DNA of 64,000 nucleotides from Octopus vulgaris (taxonomy: Eukaryota). Numbering within the stretch: position 1 is the first letter of the stretch; every line of letters starts with the position of its first letter. The position numbers and the translations under genes were made by a program. The notes beneath the pieces were generated by a model. It did not search any database. It had not been told where the DNA came from and saw only the letters and a program-made list of their open reading frames with translations. The stretch lies in the NCBI GenBank assembly GCA_951406725.2, contig OX597828.1:71176001-71240000 (forward strand), read 5' to 3'. Positions 1-11,584 of the stretch are shown here, one piece after another.

Positions 1-153
1 AACAGAATAAATACCAGACTGGAAAAGAAAGTACCGGGGTTGGTTTCATCAACTAAATTCTTGAAGTCGGTGCCCCAGCATGGGCTGCTGTACAATGACT
101 GAAACAAAAAAATACACACACACACAAGATTTTTTATACACGTGCATATATAT

Positions 154-196
<43 letters not shown>

Positions 197-198
<2 letters not shown>

Positions 199-391
199 CC
201 TGTGGCACCTGTGCCGGTGGCATGTAAAGGCACCCACTACACTCATAGAGTGGTTGGCGTTAGGAAGGGCATTCAGCTGTAGAAACACTGCCAGATCAGA
301 CTGGGCCTGGTGCAGCCTTCTGGCTTCCCAGACCTCGGTCGAACCGTGGAAAGCGGACGTTAAACGATGATGATGATGATGATGATGATGA

Positions 392-395
<4 letters not shown>
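197..395 (+). mobile_element. 5'-truncated RTE LINE 3'UTR copy (family C) with (GAT)n tail
   Basis: GGTTGGCGTTAGGAAGGGCATTCAGCTGTAGAAAC...AAGCGGACGTTAAAC(GAT)n, the same tail that follows the RTE ORF2 remnant at 4525-5027. Confidence 0.8.
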
Positions 396-440
<45 letters not shown>

Positions 441-1972
441 TAGCTGAGATCTTGTGCAGCTACTTGAAACTTCATATCTGAATGGATCGAATTGCAAATA
501 CTGATCTACAATACAAAGCAGCACTCAAATAAATGCATCCACGCGTATATATGTATGTATGTATACACAAACACACACACGCACACAGAGAAATGCACAT
601 ATACATTCACACACAGAGTTGCCTATGAAAATTAGAATATTATGTAGATATTGAATATTAGTTGCCTGTTAAGTGGGAATATGAAAATTTCCAATGTATT
701 AGATTCAATAATCCTAACATGTCCTCTATTTTGTTGATATAAGCAAACATTTATGGCTTCGACACACACCAATCATTCGAATTCCAATATCTCAAAATAT
801 AAGAATGTAATATGAAAACATCTAAAACATATCCTTATAAAAGAGCTGCAGGTATAGAATATCAGTTTATACTTGGTTGGAATTCTTTTGGTTTCAATAC
901 ATTACAGCCTCAGCAGTTCTCTATTTCTTCAACCTTCAAACACTACAAACCCAGCTATTTGAAGTTCAGCATCAAAATCCTTGCATTACTTCAGTGTCAC
1001 ACACTACTGAGATCTAGTGCTAAGCCAAGAGATCTTAGAGCTCTTCAGGTTTCTGTCAGCCAATGAGCTATTTAGTGATGTGGTATTTCTGCCCCAGCAG
1101 CATTTGGCATCATTTTTTTTATGTCCATTTCCAAAACTGGCATGGCTGGATCATTTGACAGAAGCTGGCAAGCCAGAGGGCTGCATCGGGCTCCAGTTGT
1201 CTGTTTGGAATGGTTTCTAGGGCTGGATGCCCTTCTTAATGCCAACTACTTTACAGAGTGTATTGAGTGCTTTCTATGTGACGCCCAGCACAGGGCATCT
1301 ACAAGCAATACCAAAACAACCAATGTCTGGTTACTAATCATCATATCAACCTGCTTTCTCGGCCAGCTGACACGTCTGACCAGAATCAAACCTCTTGGAG
1401 TGCCTATGTGGCATAATTAAAAAGCAGACAGTCAAGTGCATCAAAGCAATTAGCTGAAGGTGGCTATCAAGAACACCTAGGCTTCCATCACACCTGAGAA
1501 GTGTCACAGGTCGATTTCCTTTATAGTTATATGCCAGATAGATATAGGTATGTCTTCACACCTGCTGAGGTACTCGGAATGCAAAGAACTGGAACAGATC
1601 CTGCAAAACAACAGAGTGGACACTGCTAAATATATGAACTGGACTTCTGTAGTAAGGACTGATTTACAGAGAAGTAAGAGAAGAATTGTGGAAAGAGAAA
1701 GGGGAAGCTGGAGAGAGAGGGTGAAGCTAATGGGGGAGAGAAACAGGGGCACTGGAGAGAAGAAGGAGAAGGAGATTATGAAGGGAAGAAGAGGATGGTA
1801 GAAACAGAGAGATTAATGTAGAGAGAGAAGAGCTCATAAAAAGAGGGAAGAGGAAGCAGGTGGAGAGAGTGAAAGAGGAATTTGATTGATCATAGATCTG
1901 TTCAATCAGGGCTAATATGGATTTTAACAACAGCCACAACCAGTGCTGAATTTAAATTTGGTAAAAACTTAA

Positions 1973-2167
1973 CCCTTTCGTTACTGTATTTATTTTGAGA
2001 TGCTCTGTGTTTCTTGCAATTACTTTAAATATAACAAAGAATTCAGTAAAATAACTTCGTTATCATTAAGCTAGTGTTAGGAACATAAATTGTGACTAAG
2101 GTTTGGTGGAAGATTTTAATTCAAAACTTATGAAAACAAGACATTTGAACTCAGAGCCATGAAAGGG
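1973..2167. mobile_element. piggyBac-type MITE (family D)
   Basis: TTAA|CCCTTTCG...GAAAGGG|TTAA termini, TTAA at 1969-1972 and 2168-2171; near-identical copies at 43497-43716 and 55018-55237. Confidence 0.85.
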
Positions 2168-3081
2168 TTAAACTATATAAAGCTTGGTGGCCCTTTATTA
2201 TGTCCTTTAATGATCTTGGGGTCATTGTGGTTAGTAAGGTCCTCAACTGCAGCTGGTTTACTTTATGTCCAAATCTAACTCTAATCTGTAAATAGTGAAA
2301 TCTGTTGAATTTTAAAGGGAGATAATTTTGGTTTGACCTCTTTTATATTGGAATACCCAGAATGCATCAGATTTCATAGCCAACACAAACTGTATTTCGT
2401 GAGACAGGTGTTCTCACCTCAGCTGAACTGGTGTTAAGAATATAGGATCAATACATTATATTCTTATCAGCACTTCCTACAAATTTCCATAATATAATAT
2501 TATTGATAATTTATCTCTATATCTAGAGTAACACTCTGATGATTGGATTAACACTTAGTAGGTCTCAAACTGGTTTTAAACTTAGTAATACCTGAAAATG
2601 GAACTAAGAAGTCTAATCTCAGAAACTCATGTTCAATCAAATAAGCAGTAGATTCTTAAAAATCATGTAAACCTGTAAATCCATGATTCCTCCCCTACCC
2701 ACAGAAATATATTAGCAATGTTTTTTGTCTCCTCCCGGTCTCTTTTATCATATAAAAATAGAGTTGAATTCCACAGCACTCTTCTCTCTTTACCAAGATA
2801 TGGGGCAAAAATTAAGAAGAGCTTCAAATCGCTTCTTTTTATTAAATGTTGCAATTTATCCGACCCCTTTTGATCCCCAGGAGCCCCATCAGAAAAGGGC
2901 ATCTTCTCACATTCCATTCTATTTATGAAAAAAAAAAATGATATAGACAATATTTCTTGTAAATCAAGTTACCTCATTTACTCATGTATACATCACACTA
3001 TTTTATAGTTGAATTTAACCAAAAAATACCGAGGTGCAACTTATACCAAACACTATGAAGGGGAGAAAATTTTGTACCAAG

Positions 3082-3545
3082 ATCATCATCATCATTTAAG
3101 GTCCGCTTTCCATGCTGACATGGGTTGGACGGTTTGACTGAGGACTGGTGAGCCAGAGGCTGCACCAGGCTCAAACTGATCTGGCAAAGTTTCTACAGCT
3201 GGATGCCGTTCCTAATGCCAACCACTCTGAGAGTGTAGTGGGTGCTTTTACATAGCACTGGCATGAGGGCCAGTCAGGCAGTTCTGGCAACAAGCACACT
3301 CAAAAGGTGGTTTTATGTGCTACTGTCACAGGAGCCAGTCTGGCAGCACTGGCAACGATCACGATCGAATGGTGCTTTTCACATGTCACCGGCATGGGAG
3401 CCAATCCATGGCCCTGGCAACAATCACCCTCAGATGTGCTCTTAACATTCCACTGGCACACATGCCAATCAGGTGGTACTGTCATCTGCCACATCAGCGA
3501 TTTTGATTTGTTTACACTTTCCTCAATAGGTCTTTGCAAGCAAAG
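3082..3545 (-). mobile_element. RTE LINE 3' fragment (family C) with internal degenerate repeats
   Basis: (CAT)n-TTTAAGGTCCGCTTTCCATGC...GGATGCCGTTCCTAATGCCAACC, extending to sequence resembling the ORF2 stop region. Confidence 0.75.
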
Positions 3546-4524
3546 TTCATTGTCCAATGAATGAGGGGTATAACACTAAATTAGGGGTGTGGAAGACAAG
3601 AATACATAGGGTATGCTCTCAAACAGTAGTAGATTAGACCATGTACCTAGATGCAAGGTAGCTTATTTAACAGTTTTACTTCAGAACTTGAGGTTGGGGA
3701 ATTAGCCAAAGGGATCAGAGCAGCAGAGGAGAATAATTGGCTCCATGAAAAAAATTTCTTTTTTCTTTGTTTGTTCTATCTTTTAGTCAGGAGGGAAGAC
3801 AGTGTCAATAGCATATTACAGGACCTCCAAAACTGGTGAAAAGAAGGGAGGGAGGAAAATATCCTCAAACCAGGGACCTCATCTCAATGTTTGCAACAGA
3901 AAGGACTTCACTAAAGACATCCAAGGTGCCAAGTGGTGAGTTAAACCAGGGCAAAGGATTAAATCACCTAATAAGGCCATGCTGGATTTTGAAGTTACAA
4001 TGCTAAGAGCTGGAACAAATACTACAAGGCATCCAATATTCTTGTGGCTCTACCAGAGCCTTACCTTGTATGGTACCTTTTCTTTTTTTGTCAACCCCTG
4101 GAAGGATGAGAGGCAAAGATGACACTGATAGGATTTGAACTCACAGTGTAGAAATCTAGAATAGACATCAGAAAGCACTCTGTCAGATGTTCTAATGAGC
4201 CTGCTAATTCACCACCATAATGAGGGAGAACTCCACCAGCATGGTATCATCAGTAACATTGATGAAGTCCTCTTTAAAGACTCTACACAATCTGCACACA
4301 ATCATCTGCATCTTAGTCATCATCATTTGAATGTCCCACTTTTCCAAGCTTCCGTGAAACAGATGGAATTAAGGCAGATTTCATGTGGCCAGATGGCCTT
4401 CCACTTGCTAACCCTCACCTATTTCCAACCAAGGTAATATCTCCCAGTTAGCTACTTTTGTGCAAATGAAAATATCAATTAAATTTAATTGGTTTAATTA
4501 ATGGCAGCCATGTGGGAATAGATG

Positions 4525-5027
4525 GTGCATATACAACAGAGTGTAAGCATCTTGAGAGAAAAATTGAGCATGAGAGGCATCAGATGTGGTATGCAAAAGA
4601 GAAGACTACACTGGTGTGGTCATGTGATGCATTTGGATGAGGACAGCTCTGCAAAGAAGAGCTGATCCCTAACTGTGGAGGGAAGCTGTAGAAGAGGTAG
4701 ACCCAGGAAGACATGGAATGAGGTGGTGAAGTAGGACCTTTGAATGTTGGGCCTCACGGAGGTGATGACAGGTGATTGAGACCTTTGGCAATTTGCTGTG
4801 CTTGAGTGGACATGTCAAGCCAAGTGAAAGCATAGTTGTGACCAGTGCCAGTGACGCATAAAAGATACCCACTACGCTCTTGGGGTGGTTGATGTTAGGA
4901 AGGGCATCCAGCCACAGAAATCAAGCCAAATCAGACCGGAGCCTGGTACAGCTCCCTGGTTTAATAGTTGCAGTCAACCCATCTAATCCATGCCAGCATG
5001 GAAAACGGACACAAAATGATGATGATG
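4525..5027 (+). mobile_element. RTE-clade LINE remnant: ORF2 C-terminus (4525-4827) plus 3'UTR and (GAT)n tail
   Basis: Single frame reads VHIQQSVSILREKLSMRGIRCGMQKRRLHWCGHVMHLDEDSSAKKS*SLTVEGSCRRGRPRKTWNEVVK*DL*MLGLTEVMTGD*DLWQFAVLEWTCQAK*, containing the RRLxWxGHV and RGRPRKTW motifs of RTE ORF2. Three of the four internal stops are TGA, consistent with CGA decay. Confidence 0.9.
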
Positions 5028-5146
5028 TATCAGATATATGAAGGTAGAGAAATGAAAAGATGAAGAAGTGAAGCAAGAATAGATTTAAAAATCTAGGAAC
5101 ATTTCTTTGTTATAGGAGGACCTCAATTCTTTGTACCTACACATAT

Positions 5147-5180
<34 letters not shown>

Positions 5181-5242
5181 AAGAGAGCAGGTTATGACAT
5201 TATGTGACCAAGGACAGTAAGACTTAAACAAGTGATTAAATA

Positions 5243-5415
5243 CCTATTTCTTTACTACCCACAAGGGGCTAAACACAGAGGGGACAAACAAGAACAGACA
5301 AAGGGATTTAGTTGATTACATCGACCCCAGTGCATAACTGGTACTTAATTTATTGACCCCGAAAGGATGAAAGGCAAAGTGGAATTTGAACTCGGAACGT
5401 AACGACAGACGAAAT
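5243..5415 (-). mobile_element. 5'-truncated tRNA-derived SINE family B with TSD
   Basis: CCCCGAAAGGATGAAAGGCAAAGT body; flanking direct repeats ACAAGTGATTAAATA (5228-5242) and ACAAGAGATTAAATA (5416-5430). Confidence 0.8.
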
Positions 5416-5596
5416 ACAAGAGATTAAATATAGAACCTGAAAAAGTGAGAGACAGAATGAGGGGAGTTCCAAAGAGTGAATTAAGAAGACAAAATAAAAA
5501 TTTAACTACACGGGGACATCTGTCTCCACAAATACAAACAACAACAATCGTGCGTGTGTGTGTATGTGTGTGTGTCTCATGATACGTGTATGGAGT

Positions 5597-5985
5597 TACT
5601 CTCTTACTTGTTTCAGTCATTTGACTGCGGCCATGCTGAAGCACCACCTTTAATCGAGCAACTCGACCCCAGGACTTATTCTTTTGTAAGCCCAGTACTT
5701 ATTCTATCGATCTCTTTTTGCTGAACCGCTAAGTGACGGGGACATAAACACACCAGTATTGGTTGTCAAGCAATGCTAGGGACACACACACAGACACACA
5801 AACACACACACACATATACATATATACGACAGGTTTCTTTCAGTTTCCGTCTACCAAATCCACTCACTCGGGCTTTGGTCGGCCCGAGGCTATAGTAGAA
5901 GATACTTGCCCAAGGTGCCACACAGTGGGACTGAACCCGGAACCATGAGGTTGGTAAACAAGCTACTTACCACACAGCCACTCCT
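5597..5985 (-). mobile_element. tRNA-derived SINE family A (CORE-like), full length
   Basis: A box TGGCTGTGTGG, B box GGTTCAGTCCC, CORE-like GTGGCACCTTGGGCAAGT, internal (TA/TG)n, tail ATGACTGAAACAAGTAAGAGAG; more than 15 copies or fragments in the window. Confidence 0.85.
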
Positions 5986-6082
5986 TCAACTTCACATTGT
6001 CCTCACTATTTTCTTATTTCACGTACACACACACACATACACGAGCATGTATATATACACATGTATGTATATATATACGCAC

Positions 6083-6121
<39 letters not shown>

Positions 6122-6123
<2 letters not shown>

Positions 6124-6712
6124 ATCATCATCATCATCGTTTAACGTCCGCTTTCCGTGCTAGCATGGGTTGGACGGTTCAACTGGGGTCTGGCAAGCCC
6201 GAAGGCTGCACCAGGCCAGTCAGATCTGGCAGTGTTTCTACAGCTGGATGCCCTTCCTAACGCCAACCACTCCGAGAGTGTAGTGGGTGATTTTATGTGC
6301 CACCGACACAGGTGCCAGACGAGGCTGGCAGACGGCCACGCTCGGATGGTGTTTTTTATGTGCCACCGACACAGGTGCCAGACGAGGCTGGCAGACGGTC
6401 ACGCTCGGATGGTGTTTTTTATGTGCCACCGACACAGGTGCCAGACGAGGCTGGCAGACGGCCACGCTCGGATGGTGTTTTTATGTGCCACCGACACAGG
6501 TGCCAGATGAGGCTGGCGAACGGCCACGATCGGATGGTGTTTGTTACGCGCCCACAGCACGGAGGTCAGTCGATGCGGTACTGGCTACGGCCACGTTCGG
6601 ATGGTTTTCTTATGTGCCACCGGCACTGGTACCACAAGGATACAAATTCCATTGATGTTCATCTATTTGATTTGGTTTGATTTGATTTGATTTTCACTTG
6701 CCTCTACAGGTT
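6122..6712 (-). mobile_element. Young RTE LINE 3'UTR copy containing a 63-bp tandem repeat (about 4.5 units, 6291-6600)
   Basis: CpG-rich; unit TTTTATGTGCCACCGACACAGGTGCCAGACGAGGCTGGCAGACGGCCACGCTCGGATGGTGTT; ends at TCACTTG, the complement of the ORF2 stop region CAAGTGA. Confidence 0.85.
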
Positions 6713-6746
6713 GTCACAAGTGTCACAAGTGTCACTTCACAAGTGT

Positions 6747-6786
<40 letters not shown>

Positions 6787-6925
6787 AACAAGGACACATA
6801 TACTTACATGTGTGTGTGTGTATATATATATAATACAAATAAGAAAATGGAGAAACAAATTTGGTTTGTTCATCAACTTACGGATATTATAATGTTGGAT
6901 TATTTATTCATTTTATATATATATA

Positions 6926-7166
6926 CGTTAGGAAGGGCCTTGGCGTTAGGAAGGGCCTTGGCGTTAGGAAGGGCATCCAGCTGTAGAAACATTGCCAGAT
7001 TAGACTGGAGCCTGGTGCAGCCTTCTGGCTTCCCAGAACCCCGGTCGAACCGTCCAACCCATGCTAGCATGGAGAACGGACGTTAAACGACGATGATGAT
7101 GATGATGATGATACATCATCATCATCATCATCATCATCATTTAACATCCGCTTTCCATGCTAGCAT
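6926..7166. mobile_element. Tail-to-tail pair of RTE 3' ends
   Basis: Plus copy 6926-7112 ending (GAT)n abuts minus stub 7114-7166 starting (CAT)n. Confidence 0.8.
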
Positions 7167-7810
7167 ATATATATATACACATACATTACATACATATGTG
7201 TGTGTGTGTATATATATATATGCATTTGTGTGTGTCTGGCTAAACAAGATTAAAACAATGGTTACACGAAAATCTAATTATTATTTTACACGTCAACTTC
7301 ATTATCATTCTCCTAGAATTAGTTCTCAGGAAGGCAAAAACAGTGTTTCACTTTTCTTTTTCAAATGTCAACTGACTCCTTGCTCCACCACCACTGCCAC
7401 CACACCTTCTTTACAAACAATTCTTTCAACCTCACTGAGTTCAGTAGCCTTGGTCCATAATGTCGTGGGTCAACTAGATCTGCCCAGCACACCGTGGGTC
7501 AACAAGACCTTTACTATTAATAACTTGCAGTAATTACTAGAACAGACCAGTTCTAAAACTCCACTTCACAATACAAATAATAATAATCCTTTCTATTATA
7601 AGCACATGGCCTGAAATTTGGGGGGAGAAGATAAGTCGATTACAATTACCCCTGTACACAACTGGTACGTATTTTATTGACCTCTAAAAGGATGAATGAC
7701 AAAGTTGATCCCAGTAGAATTTTGACTTGGGATGTAAAAATCGATCAAATGCACCAAGCATTTACCTGGCATGTCCACAATTCTGCCAAGTGACTACCTT
7801 GATGATGATG

Positions 7811-7844
<34 letters not shown>

Positions 7845-7860
7845 CAACAACAACAACAAC

Positions 7861-8462
7861 AAGAACACTGAGAGAGTACAAACCTCCACCAAGGCAACAC
7901 CAATGTCCTCTCAACAATATGCTAGAGATGATTTTTTTAAAATGAGAATATCTGAAATAAACTGAACTGCTCTCACAAACAGATGGATTCTCAGGAACTG
8001 CTGGAATCCATCCAGCCGTTCCTGAGATATCTTGTCCACAGACAAACAAACACAACTGAAAACAATACCTCCACCTTTGCTAAGGCAGAGGTAATAATAA
8101 CAAGAGCATTCAGGGAGTGCAAACCACCACCAAGGCAACACCAGTATCCTCTCAATGATTAGCCAGAGATGATTTTTTTAAATGAGAATATCTGAAATAA
8201 ACTCGATTGCTCTCACAAACAAGAATACTAAAAAGGGACCCGACCGCTCTCAAAATTTAAGTTAAAAAACAGGAAAAATAATCCAGAATCCTTGTCCAGT
8301 ACCAGATGAATCCCAAAATCTAATCAGTTTGTGCCAGTCATGATACCAAACATCCCTCAGAGTTTCATCCGAATCCATCCAGTGGTTCTTCAGATATTTT
8401 GTCCATGGATAAACAAATATGACTGAAAACAATACCTCTGCCTTTCCTAAGGCAGAGGTAAT
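7861..8462 (-). mobile_element. Two head-to-tail Helentron-associated (HINE/DINE-like) non-autonomous elements
   Basis: Terminal palindrome TACCTCYRCC-N8-GGCRGAGGTA, matching subterminal AACCTCCACCAAGG at the other end with adjacent short hairpin GCATTC..GAGTGC; 7861-8095 is internally deleted, 8102-8462 is complete; third copy at 45014-45378. Confidence 0.65.
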
Positions 8463-9999
8463 AATACTTTCTACTATAGGCACAAGGCCTGAAATTTTGT
8501 GGGAAAGAGGATATAGTTGCTTAACTAATTCTCAGTGCTAAACTAATTCTCATTTAATTGGTCCCAAAAGGATGAAAGTTGAACATGGCAGCATTTGAAT
8601 GAAGACAGTAAAAACAAAACAAAAAATGCCAAGCATTTTGTCCAACATGCTAAGGATTCTGCCAGCTTACCACCATAAATAATAGTAGCGGTTTCAAATG
8701 TTGGCACGAGGCTAGCAGGTTTGGGAGAGGGGCTAAGTTGGTTAAATTGATCCCACTGTTCAGCTGGTGCCTGAAAAAATGAAAGGCAAAGTCGACCTCA
8801 TTGGAATTTGAACTCAGAACATGACAAATGAAAAGATAAATGAAATGCCACAAAGCATTTTGCCAGACGATTCTGCCAACTCACAGTAATAGGATCGTAA
8901 GAGTATTATTATTAATCCACTTCATGGGTTTTTATATCATTATTGTAGTTGAGTCCCAGGTGGTCAAATATAATTATTAAAATTATAGTTATGATGAACC
9001 TGTCTTTTTAAGCCACAGTGTATCTTGGACTACATTATGTAATAAGCTACAGTAAACTTATGTGAGTGGAATCAGAGAGAGAGAGAGGGAGGTAAATGTG
9101 TTTGTATGTGTGAGAGAGAGAGTATTTGTACTAGTTAAAAAATACATCTGAGTGGTTTTTTTGTTGTTATCAAATTTCATGCTTAATAAATAAAAACAAA
9201 GAATATATTAATGGAAAAGACAGGAGTTTTCCATTTTTCATCTAAAATTGTAGCCATCATTAGGAGTTAGAAAAACAGACCTATTGGCATACAATTTTAT
9301 GCAGCACGGAATTTTGTCAGTGAAAAGGTCACAGTCTAAAAGTGACAAAAATATTTTGGTAAATTTAAATGTTGAAGCGAATCTAATGGTTTTTGTGTGT
9401 TTTTAAATGACTTAGAAACACCTTCCACACTGCAATTGTTTTTGTTTCAGCACAGGATCTCAGATCAGGTCACTTGCTATGCAAGTACATCTCAGTTTAT
9501 TTAATGTTTTTTTTTAAATTTCTCCTAAACCCTGAGGGAGGTTTTAAGGTTCAGAGCTTATCCCAGGAACCATGACTTGTACTGGTTGTGACAGAAATCT
9601 CTCTCTGGGTAAGACACTGTTTTATCCCAGATGAGATTTTTCAAAATATTCTGGTACGTATTGCTGCTATCGGAGTAAAACAAAGCTATATAAAATAATG
9701 TGGTCGGAACAGATATAAAGCAGGATTTTGAAAAAGCACTGAATTTGAACTCATGACCTGTAGGTAAGTGGAATAATAATTTATTTCATTCAATTATCTT
9801 GTTGCTATGAAGGAATCGAAGAAAACAGAAATGTCAAATAAATTGTTCTGGAGATAAAAATGGCCAAGCAGTGAAAGAAGTGAATTAACAATTCAAATAT
9901 TATTGAATAAATGCAAGCAACAGGGGAGCAAAAACAAGTTGTCATTGTACAGAATATATATACATATATATATATACATATATATATACATATATATAT

Positions 10000-10174
10000 T
10001 GATAGAAATGGTAAGACAACAAAAAAATGAAAGAGACCTCGATATTATGTAAATAGAAGAATTTATCTGTAAATATAATATGTGACAATTATTTGGTAGC
10101 CAATGATAAAACTCTGAGTTTTGGATGTCAGGGCAGAAACCCATGCTGCCATCTCTTCAGTTATCCAGCCATCG
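10000..10174 (-). mobile_element. Penelope-like pLTR-type fragment next to (TA)n
   Basis: Short non-coding element between TA/A tracts that contains a hammerhead-like fold (10105-10165). Confidence 0.45.
10105..10165 (-). ncRNA. Hammerhead-ribozyme-like motif (type I, decayed)
   Basis: GATAA-CTGAAGA-GATGGCAG..CTGACATC-C-AAAA-CTCAGAG-T-T-TTATC: helix I GATAA/TTATC, CUGANGA core, 8-bp helix II with one mismatch, near-palindromic helix III; G12 is replaced by A. Confidence 0.55.
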
Positions 10175-10178
10175 AAAA

Positions 10179-10209
<31 letters not shown>

Positions 10210-10210
10210 T

Positions 10211-10592
10211 AGGCATAGGAGTAGCTATGTGGTAAGTAGCTTGCTTACCAACTACATGGTTCTGGGTTCAGTCCCACTGCGTGGCACCTTGGGCAAGTGT
10301 CTTCTACTATAGCCTCGGGCCGACCAAAGCCTTGTGAGTGGATTTGGTAGAAGGAAACTGAAAGAAGCTCGTTGTATATACGTACATGTATATGTTTGTG
10401 TGTCTGTGTTTGTCGCCCCAACATCGCTTGACAACTGATGCTGGTGTGTTTGCGTCCCCATAACTTAGCAGTTCAGTAAAAGAGACTGATAGAATAAGTA
10501 CTAGGCTTACAAAGAATAAGTCCTGTGGTCGATTTGCTCGACTAAAGGCGGTGCTCCAGCATGGTCACAGTAAAATGACTGAAACAAGTAAA

Positions 10593-10595
<3 letters not shown>
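10211..10595 (+). mobile_element. SINE family A, full length
   Basis: GGCATAGGAGTAGCTATGTGG...GGTTCAGTCCC...ATGACTGAAACAAGTAAAAGA, between (TA)n tracts. Confidence 0.85.
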
Positions 10596-10662
<67 letters not shown>

Positions 10663-10665
<3 letters not shown>

Positions 10666-11088
10666 TATAAAAGAAGGTTTGAAAATGCAATTTTAAAGAT
10701 GTTTATTCACTTGACCGGTTTCACTTTTTTAGAAAAAGATTGTCAAAAGTAAAATGTAAAGCTTTGTATAAGCTTTGTTGTGTTAAGTACTGGTTGACAT
10801 GAAATATTAAAATACATATATACATTCTTTGATTATAATAAGAACATGTTAGAAACAGTTTACAAGGAAAAATCTTGAGAAAATATGAAACAAAAAGTTC
10901 AATAAACTGTTTTTAACATGTTATTATTATCAAAGAATGTATATGTATTTTAATATTTCGTGACAACCAGTACTTAACACAACAAAGTTTTACATTTTAT
11001 TTTTGACAATCTTTTTCTCAAAATGTGAAACCGGTTGTGTGAATAAGCATTTTTTAAAATTGCATTTTCAAACCTTCTTTCATATATA
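10663..11088. repeat. Long inverted repeat (arms about 190-200 bp, 40-bp spacer), Penelope-like inverted pLTR candidate
   Basis: AAAGAAGGTTTGAAAATGCAATTTTAAA... mirrored by ...TTTAAAATTGCATTTTCAAACCTTCTTT; spacer 10863-10902; GAAACCGGT in each arm. Confidence 0.9.
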
Positions 11089-11180
11089 TTTCCACTCATG
11101 TGGTACCTTACAACTTCACTTTGTAATATACATCCTGTATATATATATATATATACATCCTGTATATATATATATATATA

Positions 11181-11584
11181 TACTCTTTACTCTTTTACTT
11201 GTTTCAGTCATTTGACTGCGGCCATGCTGGAGCACCGCCTTTAATCGAGCAACTCGACCCTGGGACTTATTCTTTTGTAAGCCCAGTACTTATTCTATCA
11301 GTCTCTTTTGCCGAACCGCTAAGTAACAGGGACATAAACACACCAGCATCGGTTGTCAAGCAATGCTAGTGGGACAAACACAGACACACAAACACACACA
11401 CGCATATATATACATATATATGACGGGCTTCTTTCAGTTTCCGTCTACCAAATCCACTCCCAAGGCTTTGGTCGACCCGAGGCTATAGCAGAAGACACTT
11501 GCCCAAGGTGCCGCGCAGTGGGACTGAACCCGGAACCATGTGGTTAGTAAACAAGCTACTTACCACACAGCCACTCCTGCGCCT
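11181..11584 (-). mobile_element. SINE family A, full length
   Basis: Well-preserved A and B boxes, CORE-like segment and (AAAGAGT) tail. Confidence 0.85.

Noticed and set aside
2640-2720. YMIFKN on the minus strand as possible SLC35B4 exon 3 (HMIFRS)
   Set aside because: In-frame stop just upstream, no NNYALN or MPL motif, and no donor
6157-6680. Overlapping repetitive ORFs
   Set aside because: Products of the 63-bp repeat in an RTE 3'UTR
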